Source: Mobula hypostoma (lineage: Eukaryota). Taken from it: DNA of 64,000 bases. Location: the NCBI RefSeq assembly GCF_963921235.1, contig NC_086121.1, forward strand, positions 17,732,001 to 17,796,000, given 5' to 3'. The notes beneath the pieces were generated by a model. It was not told the origin of the DNA. It saw only the letters and a program-made list of their open reading frames with translations, and ran no database searches. The position numbers were made by a program, and so were the translations under genes. Shown here in pieces: positions 12,809 to 26,435 of this stretch; position 1 is the first letter of the stretch; each line of letters opens with the position of its first letter.

Positions 12809-14315
12809 CTGTCAGTCTGGACAGCTTGGTGACTAGGGCCATGTATTTCTGTACAGTTTGCCGAATATTAAAAAAGATAACCTGATCGCAATTTGTGTAC
12901 TTCTCAGTGTCTAACCTTAGATGTAGAGCTAAGCTTCTGGTTGAACAGCTCAATCAAAGTAAATTGTGTGCAAGATATTCTAGTGACTGCTGCGCCAAGG
13001 GTGCATTTATTCTGTGAATGAGTCAGTTGGGAAACATTGAAAATTGGTGTGGAGTACATTGGATTTTCCTTTGCCTTTTAATCAAAATACCAGTTTACTG
13101 AAATTTTAAAAAAGCAAACATTTGGCATTACTTGATTGTAATTTAGTGATATTTGCCCTTGCCTTTGATGTCCCCTGTAAAATAAATTTTTTAGCTTATG
13201 ATTTTTTTTTTGCTGAAGGATGGGGGAGTTACGTCATGGAATAGGCTATGAGTTTTTCTGACTTCGTGACCATTTGGTTAGCCCTGGTCTCTTCTGGCAT
13301 AAGTCAGAAGAACAAAGTCAAATTAATTTGTAGTACATTTTAAAGATTAACATTAGCTATGTATTCGGACACTGAAGGACTCAAATATGAGTGATGAATT
13401 CTCAGTACTTGGTTTGGAGTTCTGGCTGAAACAGGGTAATTGGAGTTAGATAATCTCCTGAGAGAGCTAATAAACAACAGGAATTTTTCTTTGCACAATT
13501 TATGTTTTTTAAAGGACAATGTGTTTATTCTGTATCCAGGGTAAACTAAGGCATTTGTTCTACTCGAGATTCCTAACGAGGAGCTGATGAGGGCTCCTGA
13601 ACATAGGCTGGTATATTATGTAGTGTGCTCATATCTGGCTACAGCACATTTGGTGGGGGGGTCTACAGTATCATGCTGCCATTTCCTGTGGCTTTTTTAA
13701 AGGTGGGAAGGTAGAATTGATCTTGAAGATAAATTATGGCCAGCTAAGATTATGAAAGGGCTGTTACTTTGCCTGTCCTGGTTTCTTTTCCACCTCTTGA
13801 GCTATTGACAGTTTTCCTCAAGTGCCGTGGGCCAGCTCAGCATGCGGTACTCACAATCTAAATTTGAGAAGAAGAAATCTGGAAACTTCATTCTGTGCAT
13901 TTTTTTTGTTTCAAGGTCCAAGTGGAATGGCCCAGTAACAATTATTAATAGTCAAAGAATACTTGTAATGTGGAGACATTTCGTAGTAAATGTAAATTTA
14001 AACTCAGTAGTTTATTGACTAATGAACTTGGGATTTCTGTAGATTGTGTTGGCCTGTGAGCATTAGAATGGCAGCATTGCACTCTCTTCACTGGGTCATG
14101 TGTAATTGGAAATTCCTTTTGCACACTTGTTAGCTACAGTGTGAATAGATTTTTATAGCTAATGTTCAGATTGTCAATTGTCAAATTTATCTTACACCAT
14201 GTGTGAAACTGGAAACAGTTTTATCCTTTCTGGTGAAGTAGAAGGCTTAATTGTAGAGATTTTGCACCTTCGTTGTTGTTCACATCTAGGCAGCACTGCC
14301 TGGCCACTCAACTAG

Positions 14316-14672
<357 letters not shown>

Positions 14673-15329
14673 TGAGTTGGAAGGCAAGGAGAAGCAATTG
14701 TGCTGCATTAATGAAAGATTCCTTTTCAAAAGCCATCTCAAAACAAATATTTCACTTGGACTAACAAAAGATGGGAAGTGATGTTCCACAGGATTAACAC
14801 CGGATTTAAAAAAAATACTGGCCTTGGGAATTGTAAACAAAATTTGATAATTTGCAGGGAATACACTAAATTTTTAGAATGAGAATATAGTAACTAAATA
14901 AACCTGTTTTCTCTGAATTTCAATTAGAGCAAACAAACCATACAGCAGTAGTACATTTGTTTGGCAGTTAAGGAAACTTTTCCTTCAGTGAAAGTAGAAG
15001 CTGAAGTCAATAATGTGGATCATTAATAAACATAGTCATTTAGGAGAAACCTCTTAATTCAGAGAATTGCTGGTTAATTGAATGCAAATTTGGAATGTTG
15101 ATAGGCAGAGAATTGTGGTGGAAGGGTGTTATGATTACATGTCTTTGACTAGTGCTGTACCCAAGGGACCCATGTTAGGACCTTTGTTGCTTGTGACATA
15201 TTAACGACTCGGATGTGAATGTAGGAGGTGTGGTAATTTAGATTGATATTATTGTGATGTGTTGAGCTATGGTGGAAAAACTTGATTGAATGCCACCCAT
15301 ATAGATCATTCCATCACATCAGTTCTTTC

Positions 15330-16100
15330 AGGTAATCAATGAAAACCAATAACAGAATGCAGAACAGTTATAGATTAGAGAAAGTGCAGGTAGACAGTAA
15401 GGTGCAAAGCCATGAAAAAGTAGATTGTGAGGTCAAGGTTCCTTACCATATTTAGTAGACCTATAGTAGGATGGAAGTTGCCCGTGAAAACATAGTGGCA
15501 CATGCTTTCAGGCTTTGGTTGGGGGGAGAATATCTGGGGGTAGGTGGAATCTTTAATTATGCTGGTTGCTTTACCAAGACAGTGAGACATGTAGAGTCCA
15601 TGCAGGGGAAGTTGTGTCTACAATTCTGCGGTTTTTTTTGTGGTCTTGGGCAGAGTAATTGCTATTCCAAGGTGCTTTCTAGGATGCATCTATAAAAAGA
15701 AATAGTGATGGTCAATGGGGATGTGCCAAATTTCTTTAGCCTCCTGAAGAAATAGAGGTGCTGGGGTGTTTTCTTGGTCATGGCATTTGTGGTTGCTCCA
15801 GTGCAGGCTATTCCTAGAACTTGAAGCTCTCAACTCTCGACTTCAGTACTATTGATGTAAACAATGACCAGCTCTTTTGTTGTGCTGACGCTGGGGGCGC
15901 AGTCACTAGGCTCTCTTCTTCCTGTACTGCAACTCATCATTATTTGAGATTATGGTGGTGTCATCTGCAAACTTTGAGGTGGAGAATCTGACCATGTAGG
16001 GAGTAAAATAGATGCAGTAGGAGGCTGGAGCAACATTCCTAGGCACTTCATGATGGATGTCAGAGCCACTGTGCTGTAGTCATTAAGGAATATTATATTT
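15330..16100 (-). mobile_element. Decayed LINE (Rex-like) in RPL22 intron 3
   Basis: Minus strand reads KFADDTTI at ~15950-15975; sequence similar to other Rex-like copies. Confidence 0.55.
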
Positions 16101-16187
16101 TTTGGTGATTAGCAAGTTTACATATAATGTGAAAACTGATGTACTATGGATAGCAAGGAAGATTGTCTACAGCGTAAAAACCAAGTA

Positions 16188-16384
16188 ACATACATCAAAG
16201 TTGCTGGTGAACGCAGCAGGCCAAGCAGCATCTATAGGAAGGGGTGCAGTCGACGTTTCAGGCCGAGACCCTTCGTCAGGACTGCACCTCTTCCTATAGA
16301 TGCTGCTTGGCCTGCTGCGTTCACCAGCAACTTTGATGTATGTTGCTTGAATTTCCAGCATCTGCAGAATTCCTGTTGTTTGCA
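16188..16384. mobile_element. Fold-back PLE-derived insertion: 65-bp hairpin with hammerhead core at the apex
   Basis: Target duplication TAAAAACCAAGTA (16175-16187, 16385-16397); arms 16187-16251 and 16280-16344 with 1 mismatch. Confidence 0.88.
16248..16283 (-). ncRNA. Minimal type I hammerhead ribozyme, antisense to RPL22
   Basis: Reverse complement is AGTC-CTGACGA-agggtctcggcct-GAAA-c-GTC-GACT; all core nucleotides intact. Confidence 0.8.
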
Positions 16385-16409
16385 TAAAAACCAAGTATTG
16401 GCTTGTTGA

Positions 16410-16505
16410 CGCAAACACAAGGAAATGTGCAGACGCTGGAAATTCAAGCAACGCACACAAAAAATGCTGGTGAACGCAGCAGGCCAGGCAGCACTTTTTG
16501 TGTGC
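16410..16505 (-). mobile_element. Second short PLE-derived insertion (3' end only)
   Basis: Near-duplication ATTGGCTT(G/C)TTGA (16397-16409, 16506-16518); about 12-nt inverted arm CTTTTTGTGTGC. Confidence 0.75.
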
Positions 16506-16888
16506 ATTGGCTTCTTGAATTTGATTGAAGTGTGAGGAAATGCATTTTGGAAGTCAAGTGGGGTAGAGCACTAAGGAATATTGATGAACAAAGACCCAAG
16601 TGTCCAAGTCCGTAGTTTTCTGAAAGTGATAACACATTCAAGACGGTGGAGAAGAGGACGTTGACATGGTGCTTTCATAGGTTAGGGAATAAAATGTAAG
16701 GATTGGACCATGCTGCGATTTAAAACACTGATTAGGTTGCACTTGGAGATGGTGCAAAGGAGATCCATCAGGATGTTGCCTCAACTGGAGGACTTCAGTT
16801 AAGGAGTTGGATTGGGTAGGTAGAATTTGTTTTTCCTTGGGTGAAGGAGGCTGAGAAGAGAACTAATATTCAAAACAAGCATGATGAT

Positions 16889-16926
16889 TGTGTGTGTGTG
16901 TCTCTCTCTTCCCCCCCCCCCCCCCC
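16889..16926. repeat. Compound (TG)n(TC)n microsatellite plus C16 homopolymer
   Basis: Read directly; C run at 16911-16926. Confidence 0.9.
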
Positions 16927-17591
16927 AGAACTAAGTCAGTTTTAGTATCATGCAAGTTATTAAATGGGATATGCAGACTTTGGTGAAAAATGGGAGCAGG
17001 CTTGTGAGGTTTATACACATTAGGAATTCAAGTTAAAAAGCCCATCTCCGAATTAATATAACAGTATGTAACACTTGCTACTTGCCAGATGATTTTTCTG
17101 GTACCTTTTTAATACTGAGCATAGTTTAAAAATTTTTCTATAGTTAGCCAGTCTCATTAGAATCACTCCTTGAATCTTAGAGACCATTCTATTGATATCC
17201 TGTACTGGCATATTTAATCCTGGCAAGTGTGAGGTGATGTGTAACAACTGCTTTTTGCGGTGTTTGCATATTGTGAAAATCAAGGGAACTAGTAGTGAAT
17301 TCTGCGAAAAGCTTTCTATTCATCAGAATAACTTGTCAACAATTGGCTTTTGGTTTTTGATAATTTTTTTCTCAAAGCTCATCATCATTTTTAAAATGCT
17401 GGGATTGTTTTGTTTTTAATCAGTCATACTATGTAAACTTTTAAAAATTACTAAATTTCATCATGTTCTTCTTCCCTTGCAGTGTCTCATTATTTCAATT
17501 CAGCATTATTCCGTCTTCTTTTAACATCCTTGCTAACTGTCCTTCAATAATTTAAACAGGCTCAGAATTTGTTATTGTTTCTCATAATTAT

Positions 17592-17810
17592 GGGGTAGCA
17601 CAGTAGCATAGCAGTTAGTGTCACGCGTCAACAAACTGGGTTCAGTTCAGCTGCTGCTGTAAAAAGTTTGTTCTCACCGTGACTCCATGGGTTTCCTCCG
17701 GTGCTCTAATTTTCTCCCACATTACAAAGGTGTACGGGTTAATAGGTAATTGGATGGTGTGGGTTTTTTTAGGTTGGAAGGGCTGGTTACTGTGCTGTAT
17801 CTCAAAATGA
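17592..17810 (+). mobile_element. tRNA-derived V-SINE (HE1-like)
   Basis: A-box-like TAGCATAGCAG, B-box-like GGTTCAGTTC, V-domain-like TGGGTTTCCTCCGGTGCTC...CTCCCACA. Confidence 0.7.
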
Positions 17811-19532
17811 AAAATGTAAAGATTGACTAGCCTGTAATTGGCATATTCCTTCTCCCTTAACCAATACCATATTGGCTACCTTCCAGTCTGGATGTGAGAC
17901 AGGATTAGAAAATAATTGTGGAGACATTGCTGTCAATAACATGTGATACATTTCAGTTTTGAATGCATTTACTTTCTAAAATTAATTACATTACATAAAT
18001 CTTTGTCTGCAACATTGGTATTGTGTCCTTGTGAACAAGTGGTTCCTGGGTGGAGCCACACCCAGTTTCTATAAGATAAGGTTATTGATCTCTGGTCAAT
18101 ACTTGTATCTTCATCCTCTTGTCAATTATGTATTTGTATACTTGTGTACCTTCAGAATTTTCTTTAAAATGTCCCCCCTCCACTTTTGTATAACTTACTA
18201 CAGTATTGGTTTCTCAGTGCAAGGTGAGAGTTTCTTTGGTTTTATTCTACTCTGTAAAGTCCTCTGTATGTGGCGTTTTTAGATTTAGACCCTCCTCTTT
18301 GAACATCTCCAATTTCCCATCAACTTTATTTTTCAGGTAACAGTTTTGAGTCTGCCATCACTAAATCACGCATCAGTGTAGTAAAATTGGCTTTTTCTCA
18401 AGTTTAATCTTGGCTTATCATTGCACTTTTATATTACTGAATTCTTACTAAAATTTTAAGTATCTGTCCGATATCATTGTTTTAAATCCCGGACGTCTCC
18501 TTGTTAGGCTGAAATGTATTGTTCAGGAAGTGATGTTGGGCGCATTGATGTAGTAGCCAATTTATTCTAACCCTGCTCCTTGATTGTTAAGCATATCTTA
18601 CTATGATCATAACTAAGACCTTACCTAAATTGTGGGATCGTAGAAAAAAAGTGATGGATTTGTAGAAATGACTGACAATGCGGGGAAGTTCAATCTGACT
18701 AAAGACAATAGGCATATTTGTTTCTGGAGCCTTTTGTGGCTCTTAGTCTGATCCAGTCATTGACCTTTCTCTACTTTTGGCCATCATTCTTTGATTGATA
18801 TATGAGCAAGGTGTCGTTCAGTATTGATGATCCTGAACGTACTGTACTTGGGTTATTAGTCACATTGCTTCCTCTCAGACCCAGATTGGAGGAAATGCAG
18901 TACAGCCCTTGGCCTGATTCAGCCCTGGGAGCAGGTCGCGACTGTCTGTTGAATATCCATCTCAGCTGACTCCCTGAAACATTTTCAGGGAGTTCCACGC
19001 ACTAATTTTTTTCTCTCTCTGCTTTCTGGTGCTAACAAGGTCCTGTGCCTACTGTTTCCACTATGACCTTCCCCTGCACATCACCTGTCTCCTTCACATC
19101 CTCGGGATTAGAGGGTGTGCATTTAACTTGGTACTGATGAACAGAGCCAAAAAATTCAGTTGCTTAATAATCTAAAACCTGCAAGTTCTGGAGCCTGATG
19201 AGGGATTGAGTTTATTATGACAAAAGACCCCAGATTTGACTTTGTCCTGTGTTGAATATGAGCCTGGATTGGGCAAATGAAACTAGAATTTAAGTCTTGT
19301 TGAGAAAATCATACTTGTGTCTCATTGATAAACTCATCTAAATTTACTGGTTCTTGCATGTGTATTAGATTTGATGTGATTCCTTATGTTTTTCAGACTT
19401 GAATGATTGAAACTTGATACAAAACTTCCAGGAGTTGAAAGGAGTGAAAAGGAAATGGAGTCTGCATTTGACAGGCTTGGAGTTTTAGGCTGAGAGAAAT
19501 GGGTGGGTGGATTTTTGAATGGGAGAGACTGA

Positions 19533-19724
<192 letters not shown>

Positions 19725-19762
19725 GCCCTAGCCTGGTCTGGACTTTTGTACAAATTATATTC

Positions 19763-19768
19763 AATAAA
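19763..19768 (+). terminator. RPL22: RPL22 polyadenylation signal
   Basis: AATAAA 38 nt after the stop, followed by a GT/T-rich element (TTTGGGTTCTGTTTTT). Confidence 0.85.
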
Positions 19769-19857
19769 ATTGGTTAAAAGGAAAATCATGCCGCTTTGGG
19801 TTCTGTTTTTACTTAGAAGACTGCTGTAGTCTTCTCAGTTTAGCATTTACTTAAATA

Positions 19858-21024
19858 CAGTGGATCCTGGTTTATTGGGATTAGTACATTTTGGTCTAAT
19901 TTAGTGGCTGTCCCAATTAGATGAAGTTTCATGGAAATAGTTTAAAAGCTACAAATTATGTGTTCAAATAAAGTACAGAACAAATTAGAACACCAACAAT
20001 ACTACTACTATGCCATAAAACTGTATTAGTTCTTAATAGTTCATTTTGTGGTAGCATCTTGTATTTGGTGATGCCAGGAAACCTGTGTGGGAGAGTTTTT
20101 AAAGTGGAAACATCATTGCACGGAACGGTTCCACACTTGACCTCGGAAGTCTGGGTCCAGTGGTACGAAGATCATCACGACTAGGGTTCCTTTGTTGCAA
20201 TGGTTGACCATGACTTCTGTACTTCATCATGCCCTTTGATCTTCAGAGTGTTGCAGAACTGCCTTCCTGATGGTAGGATCTCACTGTAGATCTCATTTGC
20301 CCAGTACACCAGAGCTGGCTTCACATGCTAATTCGGCATGTCCCTATCTCATTGTGGTATAATGTCTATCGGCTACCCTCACCTGGTTTAGAATGCCTGT
20401 TAATGCAGTGTTCCATCGTATGTCCGCTGTTACAAGCAAACAGCTCTTTGGAGCCACAGGTCAGAGCTGAGTGTATGCATTTGATTGACAGTAAATGAAC
20501 AAAATCAGTGCAGGCACCTAGCATAGATATGGAATGCCTTCATACAATTGTCAACGATTGCATCCTCCAAATCTACATTTTCATTTTAATATTCAAGATG
20601 ATTGTCAACACCTTCATAATTCTTCATAGTGCCTATCTTGTTGAAGCAGTGATATCGTTTGATTTTTCACACCCAGTTGTTTCTGGCATCTCCAAGCCTG
20701 AATGCTGAAACCACAATGAGCAAAACAGTTGTAAATTGTCTTGCTTATTTCTTGCCAACTATTACTGCTCAATTTACTTTTTTAAAACAGAAGCGCATGC
20801 AGCTGACGCTGTTGAAAACTAGGCGCTCCAAGTATGGTGTGTGGCCATTAGACACTGTGAGTGCACACATCTGATGCTAGTTAGAAACGCTTTGGCAAGT
20901 CTCCTGGACCAATCAGGTGGCATAATGTCCCAAATAAATGAAGGAAATCCTGGCTATTGATTTATTTTTGTTCTTTTAAGAGCTGTCCTGATTAACTGAA
21001 TGTCCAATTAACTCGAATCCACTG
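19858..21024. mobile_element. Pogo/Tigger-like non-autonomous DNA transposon with a probable nested insertion (~20050-20470)
   Basis: TA|CAGTGGATCCTGGTTTATTGG ... CCAATTAACTCGAATCCACTG|TA: imperfect TIRs with TA duplication. Confidence 0.6.
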
Positions 21025-21299
21025 TATTTACAAATATGTTCATTTTCCCTATTAGATTTGCAGATTCTGAGGTGTGTGGAGTTTCAGTGATTTTATGCCC
21101 AGCTCTTTAATTCACTGTTCTTGTCTGAATGCCCATTATCTTCATGGTTACAATCTGGCTAACAATTTTGAGTGATCTTGGATGATGCCAGATAACTGAT
21201 TTTAATCATCCTTTATGATGCCTTGACTGGTTCACTCTCGTAGTGCATTGCTGACACTAAATATGCATTTAGTTCTACAGATTTCCTCCTTTTGTACCA

Positions 21300-22600
21300 T
21301 CCAGGGTAATTAATTTTGTCTAGATTGCCCTCTCTGACCTCCAGTTTACAAATTTACAGATTGTGTCTCCAAGATGCCTTCCAAACCCATGATGCCTTTT
21401 CCCTCGAACGATTCCTAATATCCACCCAACTCTCAACATTCCATATCTGTCTTTGAATTTTTCCCCTCTGGATATCTGTTGTCACCTCAAGTATCAGGAT
21501 ACTAATAAAATACTAACAGTGCTACAGTCCCACCGGCATCCTGTAAAGACTGTACTCCATTTCTTCCAATTTCTCCATTCTATTTGCTCTAAAGATAAGA
21601 TGCCTCTGATATGTTGTCTTCCTAAACCTTGGTTTTTCTCTATTGTAATTGACAGAGTGCTTGGCTTTGCCTCTGCTCTCAACCTTTCCTGGATAAGTAA
21701 GTACGTCTGATCTTTCCGTCGCACCAGCCTCTGCATTCAACAGGTCATCCTTTACAAATACTGCCAGCTTCAAGATTATGCTACCAGGAACATCGTCCCT
21801 TGCAGCATTTTGAATAAACCATTCATTTTTGAGTCCTCGGACCGGTCTGTTTTCAGTACTTTCCCATGCAACTGCTGTAGATGCAACACTTGTCTTCTAT
21901 CAACCAGCGACTCACATTTGTCCCTTCAGTTGAAGCAATGAATTAAATCTCCAGTATGCATTAGAGTACATTTGGTGTTCATTACGTGGTTTCTGCACTG
22001 GAGAAACAAAACAGAATGAGTAACCACTTTGCAGGGATGACCCTGCTTCCTGTGGCCTGCCACTTAATTTCTCCATTTCACTCCCGATTTGACTTACCTG
22101 TGAGCTCTCCTATTATAATGGTGCCCAAGTTAAGGTCGAGGAACAGCAAAACATAACTGCTGGGTTATGTTGCATCTCAAGTTGATTTTGAATTACTTAA
22201 CTTCAAACAATATATTTTCACAGTTAAGATCTGAACTGGCTATTGGTACTGTAAGTTGTCCAGTTTTGATAATTGGCTCATTTTTTCTTTCCATTAGCAC
22301 AGCCAAGTATCTGACAACCCTGCATACTGCAACTTTTCCATTTCTTTATACGCAGACTCTAACTTTATTTCATAGCTGTTTAAGTTTTCTCTTCTAATAC
22401 TCCCATTGACCAGATGGCCTTTACAAATTATCCCCATGGCAATGCTGGATTTGGCCTATCAGTGTTCCATTTGATCTATCCATCCTTAACTCATTTTCTC
22501 TGAAACATAAAGTTAACATTTATCTTTTCCCCCAGTTCTGACAATTAGTCTTCATCCTGAAATATTAGCTGTCCCCTGCAGATCATGCCTGAGCTTTGGC
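21300..22600 (+). mobile_element. Old Penelope-like element (RT C-terminus, Cys motif, GIY-YIG remnant)
   Basis: Fragments QFLHSICSKD, LCIQQVILYKYCQLQ, FPCNCCRCNTC and TGETK; decayed terminal repeat at ~22535-22595. Confidence 0.65.
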
Positions 22601-24733
22601 TTGCTTTCATTACATTGAGTGTTTTTTATTGTTTCCCCCAGCATGTACTTTGGGACCAAGTGTCCACCTCTGGCTTAGTTCTGTTTTAAGTGTCTTGTTA
22701 CCTCATCCATCCTGCACCTGTCTGCTGCCTTAGAGGCAGCAACTCTAGAGGTTGAAAATATCCTGGCAACATGCATTATAGTCTGGAACAGAAATTTGAA
22801 TGCACACAATTCCTAATCACTAGTTTAGCAACACTTGGCACTAAAATGAGCTATTTTGGTTCTAATTGTGTTCTTGTTAAAAAAAAAACTGTGTTAATTG
22901 TTTTAATTTGTTTTTCTTGTGAATGCTGCTAATATGGTAAGACTTTCATTGCATCTGTACTTGTGCATATGACAATAAATTCTACTTTGTTAGGAATTGC
23001 TGATTGGATCTGTACTTAACAGCCTCATTTCCATCTCTAGCAGTTTGCATTGAGCAATTCAGAATCCTTCATTTTTATCTAATTCATGATCATTAACTCA
23101 AAACAATAGAATGCTTTTTTTATAAGCTTGACAGAATTCTGATTTTTTTAATCACTGTGGCTACTCATGATAAAATGCTACTCATTTTAAAAGGAAATAT
23201 TTGCAGTACTGGTTAAGGAACAAAGGAGTGGGAGTAATTGAGCTGGTGCAGGTACACTGGGTTGAAAGGTCAACAGGATCTTCCTAAACCTGTAGTGAAT
23301 CTGAAAAGTTACACGAGGAAACAGCTTCTGACTATAAATCAAGACATTTTAATATATACTAGTAAATTCATGGAATTGAAGATTATACAGAAAGGTAGAA
23401 TGAAATAGTACATCTACCATAATACTATTGAATGATCCATTCACTTGTATATTTGTACCTTTTTTACTAATGGAATTTCAGCTTCCTTGGTATATTTTAG
23501 AATTATATACAGAAGGAGGCTATTTGGCTTGCTGCCTTTGTTTGAAACAGTGCTAACCTATCATCCAGCATCAGGTCTATAGCCCTGAAGTTTGTGGCTT
23601 GTGAAGTATGCAACCCAAGTACTGAGTGATGGGGGTTTTTGTCACTACTGTTGCAGGCACTGAGTTCTGGATCTTAATGTGCTCTAGGTGAGTTGTGTTG
23701 TTCCTCTTCATCCCTTAAACCCCTCACAAAAAACTTTAGATCTTTTCCCCTCTGTTTGGACTACTCTATTAAGCAAAATGGAGCTTTTTTTTTCCCTTGT
23801 CTCCTCAAAATCTCACTTTTCCATGTTTAAAATTCCCTTGTTGGCAAACTGATTTGGTGGAGGTGTTGATTGACTATCTCCATCAGTTATCAGTTGAACC
23901 ATGGTGTCAGTTCTTACCATTGTGATCAAAGAGTTGCATTTGTGGATTTATCTGACAGAGGGTTAAATTAACTGAATTCATGTGCATTTTCTCCTTTGAT
24001 GCCCATTTATTCTCTTCTAGTTCAAGAAGTACTTGTTTTTCAGTACTCTGCTCAATTAGTTTTTACCCTTAACACATTTCTTTTCAGATACAGCTGCACA
24101 GAAAGCTGCTCTGCAGCTCGTGGAGAGCCCAGCTGTTGGCTAAAGTTAAGTATCAACAGGGAATGAACAAAATAATTGGCCACTAAACTCTGAATAAGGA
24201 GAGGTAGAATCTGCTAGGGCTCAGTTCCTGCCTGCTGAGAAATGAGCCTTGCTAGAAAAGTTTGTCTACGTCCAAACACTGGTCTTCTACAGCGGTTCCT
24301 GTAGCTACTTTACTGGCTGCTCCACACGATTTACACAAGCATAGAAAGTGCATGTAGAAAAAATAAAATGATAATCTTTTGGGTAGAGAAATAGGTAGAA
24401 AGTGTGCTTCCTCTTGGTCAAGAGCAAATAAGCAGGTGTGGATTTTATAATACAGCTGATATTATTTATCTGTAACTTGTTAACAATTTTGAAAAATTCT
24501 GGGACTGTAGAAAAAGCTTTTTTTTGAATGCACATTTCATGGTTGCTCTCTTACTTTGCAGTGTTTACATCTTGTGCAATTTTGCTGACTGCACATAATC
24601 TGTCGTGTGAAAGGGGACCATATGGTATCTGCAATGTGTCACAGTTAGGGCGTGAACTTAGAGCTGTTAAAATAAATTTGACAGTCAACTACACCAATTT
24701 CACAAGTTTCCCAATACATATGGATGTTCTTCG

Positions 24734-24813
24734 CAAGGGTTCCCTACCTGGGGTCCATGGACCTCTTGGTTAATGGTAAGGGTTCATGGCATAAAAACGG
24801 TTGGGAAAAGCTG
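24734..24813. mobile_element. hAT-like MITE of about 80 bp
   Basis: CAAGGGTTCCC...GGTTGGGAAAAGCTG; same family as 36107-36186 and the partial copy at 28390-28433. Confidence 0.6.
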
Positions 24814-25121
24814 TTTCATCCTCTATCCCTCCCAGTTCATTTTAACTGACAGTAGAATGTCAGAATAGTGGGACCAAATTTTTAGCAGAGGAGATCATTT
24901 AGCTCTGATTAGATTGCAGTGCATTTTCTACTTCTGCCTTAACTACAGACATGAGATTAATAAGACCAGAAAGCTGCCTGAACTTTTAAAAGGAATAACA
25001 AAGCAGCTGAAGTTTCTGTGGAAGGATAGTTCTAATATTTAAAATATTCAATATCTTGAGTGCCTCTGTGATACAAGTTTACAATATGAACCCTTAAAAA
25101 CATTTAATTAAATATGGGGAT

Positions 25122-25430
25122 GGTGCGTGGCCAAGTGGTTAAGGCATTGGTCTAGTGATCTGAAGGTCGCTAGTTCGAGTCTTAGCTGAGGCAACCTGTT
25201 GTGTCCTTGAGCAAGGCACTTAACCACACATTGCTCTGCGACGACACCGGCGCCAAGCTGTATCAGCTCTAGTGCCCTTCCCTTTGACAACATCGGTGGC
25301 ATGGAGAGGAGAGACTTGCAGCATGGGCAACTGCCGGTCTTCCATACAACCTTGCCCAGGCCTGCACTCTGGAAACCTTCCAAGGCGCAAATCCATGGTC
25401 TCATGAGACTAACCGATGCCTTAAAAAAAA
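25122..25430 (+). mobile_element. Young tRNA-derived SINE
   Basis: A-box TGGCCAAGTGG (25128-25138), B-box GTTCGAGTC (25173-25181), GTGTCCTTGAGCAAGGCACTTAAC core, A tail, 8-bp duplication ATGGGGAT. Confidence 0.85.
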
Positions 25431-25559
25431 ATGGGGATAAAAACAAATTGAAAAATAAAAACTAATGAGGGCAGTTTATTTTGTGCTTTGTTCATTGTTT
25501 TATTTTATTGCATGATTGTAACTTCCATTTATGTAACATCACAATATTTACATATGTGA

Positions 25560-25690
25560 ATACAAGAGATTTTGCAAATGCTGGAAATCCAGAGTAATAC
25601 ACATACAAAATGCTAGAGGAACTCAGTAGGTCAGGCAGTATCTATGGAGAGGAAGAGAGACAATGTTTCAGGCTGAGACACCATCAGAGT
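25560..25690 (-). mobile_element. Decayed PLE terminal repeat
   Basis: Homologous to 3988-4120; hammerhead degenerate. Confidence 0.7.
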
Positions 25691-26129
25691 TTGTATTATT
25701 TATTACATAATGTGATTGTCATATATGATATATGAATTATATATATGATGTGCTTTTAAAATAATTATATAGAATGCATCCATGGTTGCCAAGGGGAAGA
25801 TGAGAATTGAAGAGACATTGGTTATAATTGTTTCAATTATCTGCCATGTGGGAGAACAGGAAACTGTCAATATTATACCATTGCCCAAATGAAAGTGAGA
25901 GGGAATGCAGCAACAACAGCCCAGTTTAAACTGACAAGTGAGGAAGATTTTTTAAGTGACAATCAGGGACAGAATTAGCAGTCACTTGGGCAATTATATA
26001 TTGATTAGAGAAAGCCAGCATGTATTTGCTAAAGGCAAACATTAGTTAATGTAAAAGGTGAGAGACGAGACTAGATGTTGGAACCGAGCAAAAATAAATT
26101 GTTGGAAGAGCTCAGTACCTGTGTATTTA

Positions 26130-26435
26130 AAGAGAGATTAGCTTTATCACGTGTACAGTGAAATGCGCCGTTTGCGCCAACAACCAGCACAGTCCAGGAA
26201 TGTGCTGGTGGATAGCCCACAAGTGTCAGCATGCTTTTTGTGCCAACATTGTATGGCCACAACTTACCCTAACCATGCGTCTTTTGAATGTGGGAGGAAA
26301 TTGGCTCACCTGGGGGAAACCAATGTGGTCATGGGGGAGAACATACAGGCTGCTCACGTACAGCGGCGGGAATCGAACCCTGACTGGTGATCACTGGCAC
26401 TGTAAAGTGATTGTGCTAACTGCTACACTACCATA
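26130..26435 (-). mobile_element. tRNA-derived V-SINE-like element
   Basis: Reverse complement B-box GGGTTCGATTCCCGCC and V-domain-like GGTTTCCCCCAGGTG. Confidence 0.65.

Noticed and set aside
13584-13606. Hammerhead-like CTGATGA-gggctcct-GAAC in RPL22 intron 2
   Set aside because: GAAA is missing, there is no convincing helix I/III and no PLE context
25122-25195. tRNA gene
   Set aside because: It is a SINE head, followed by SINE body, A tail and target duplication
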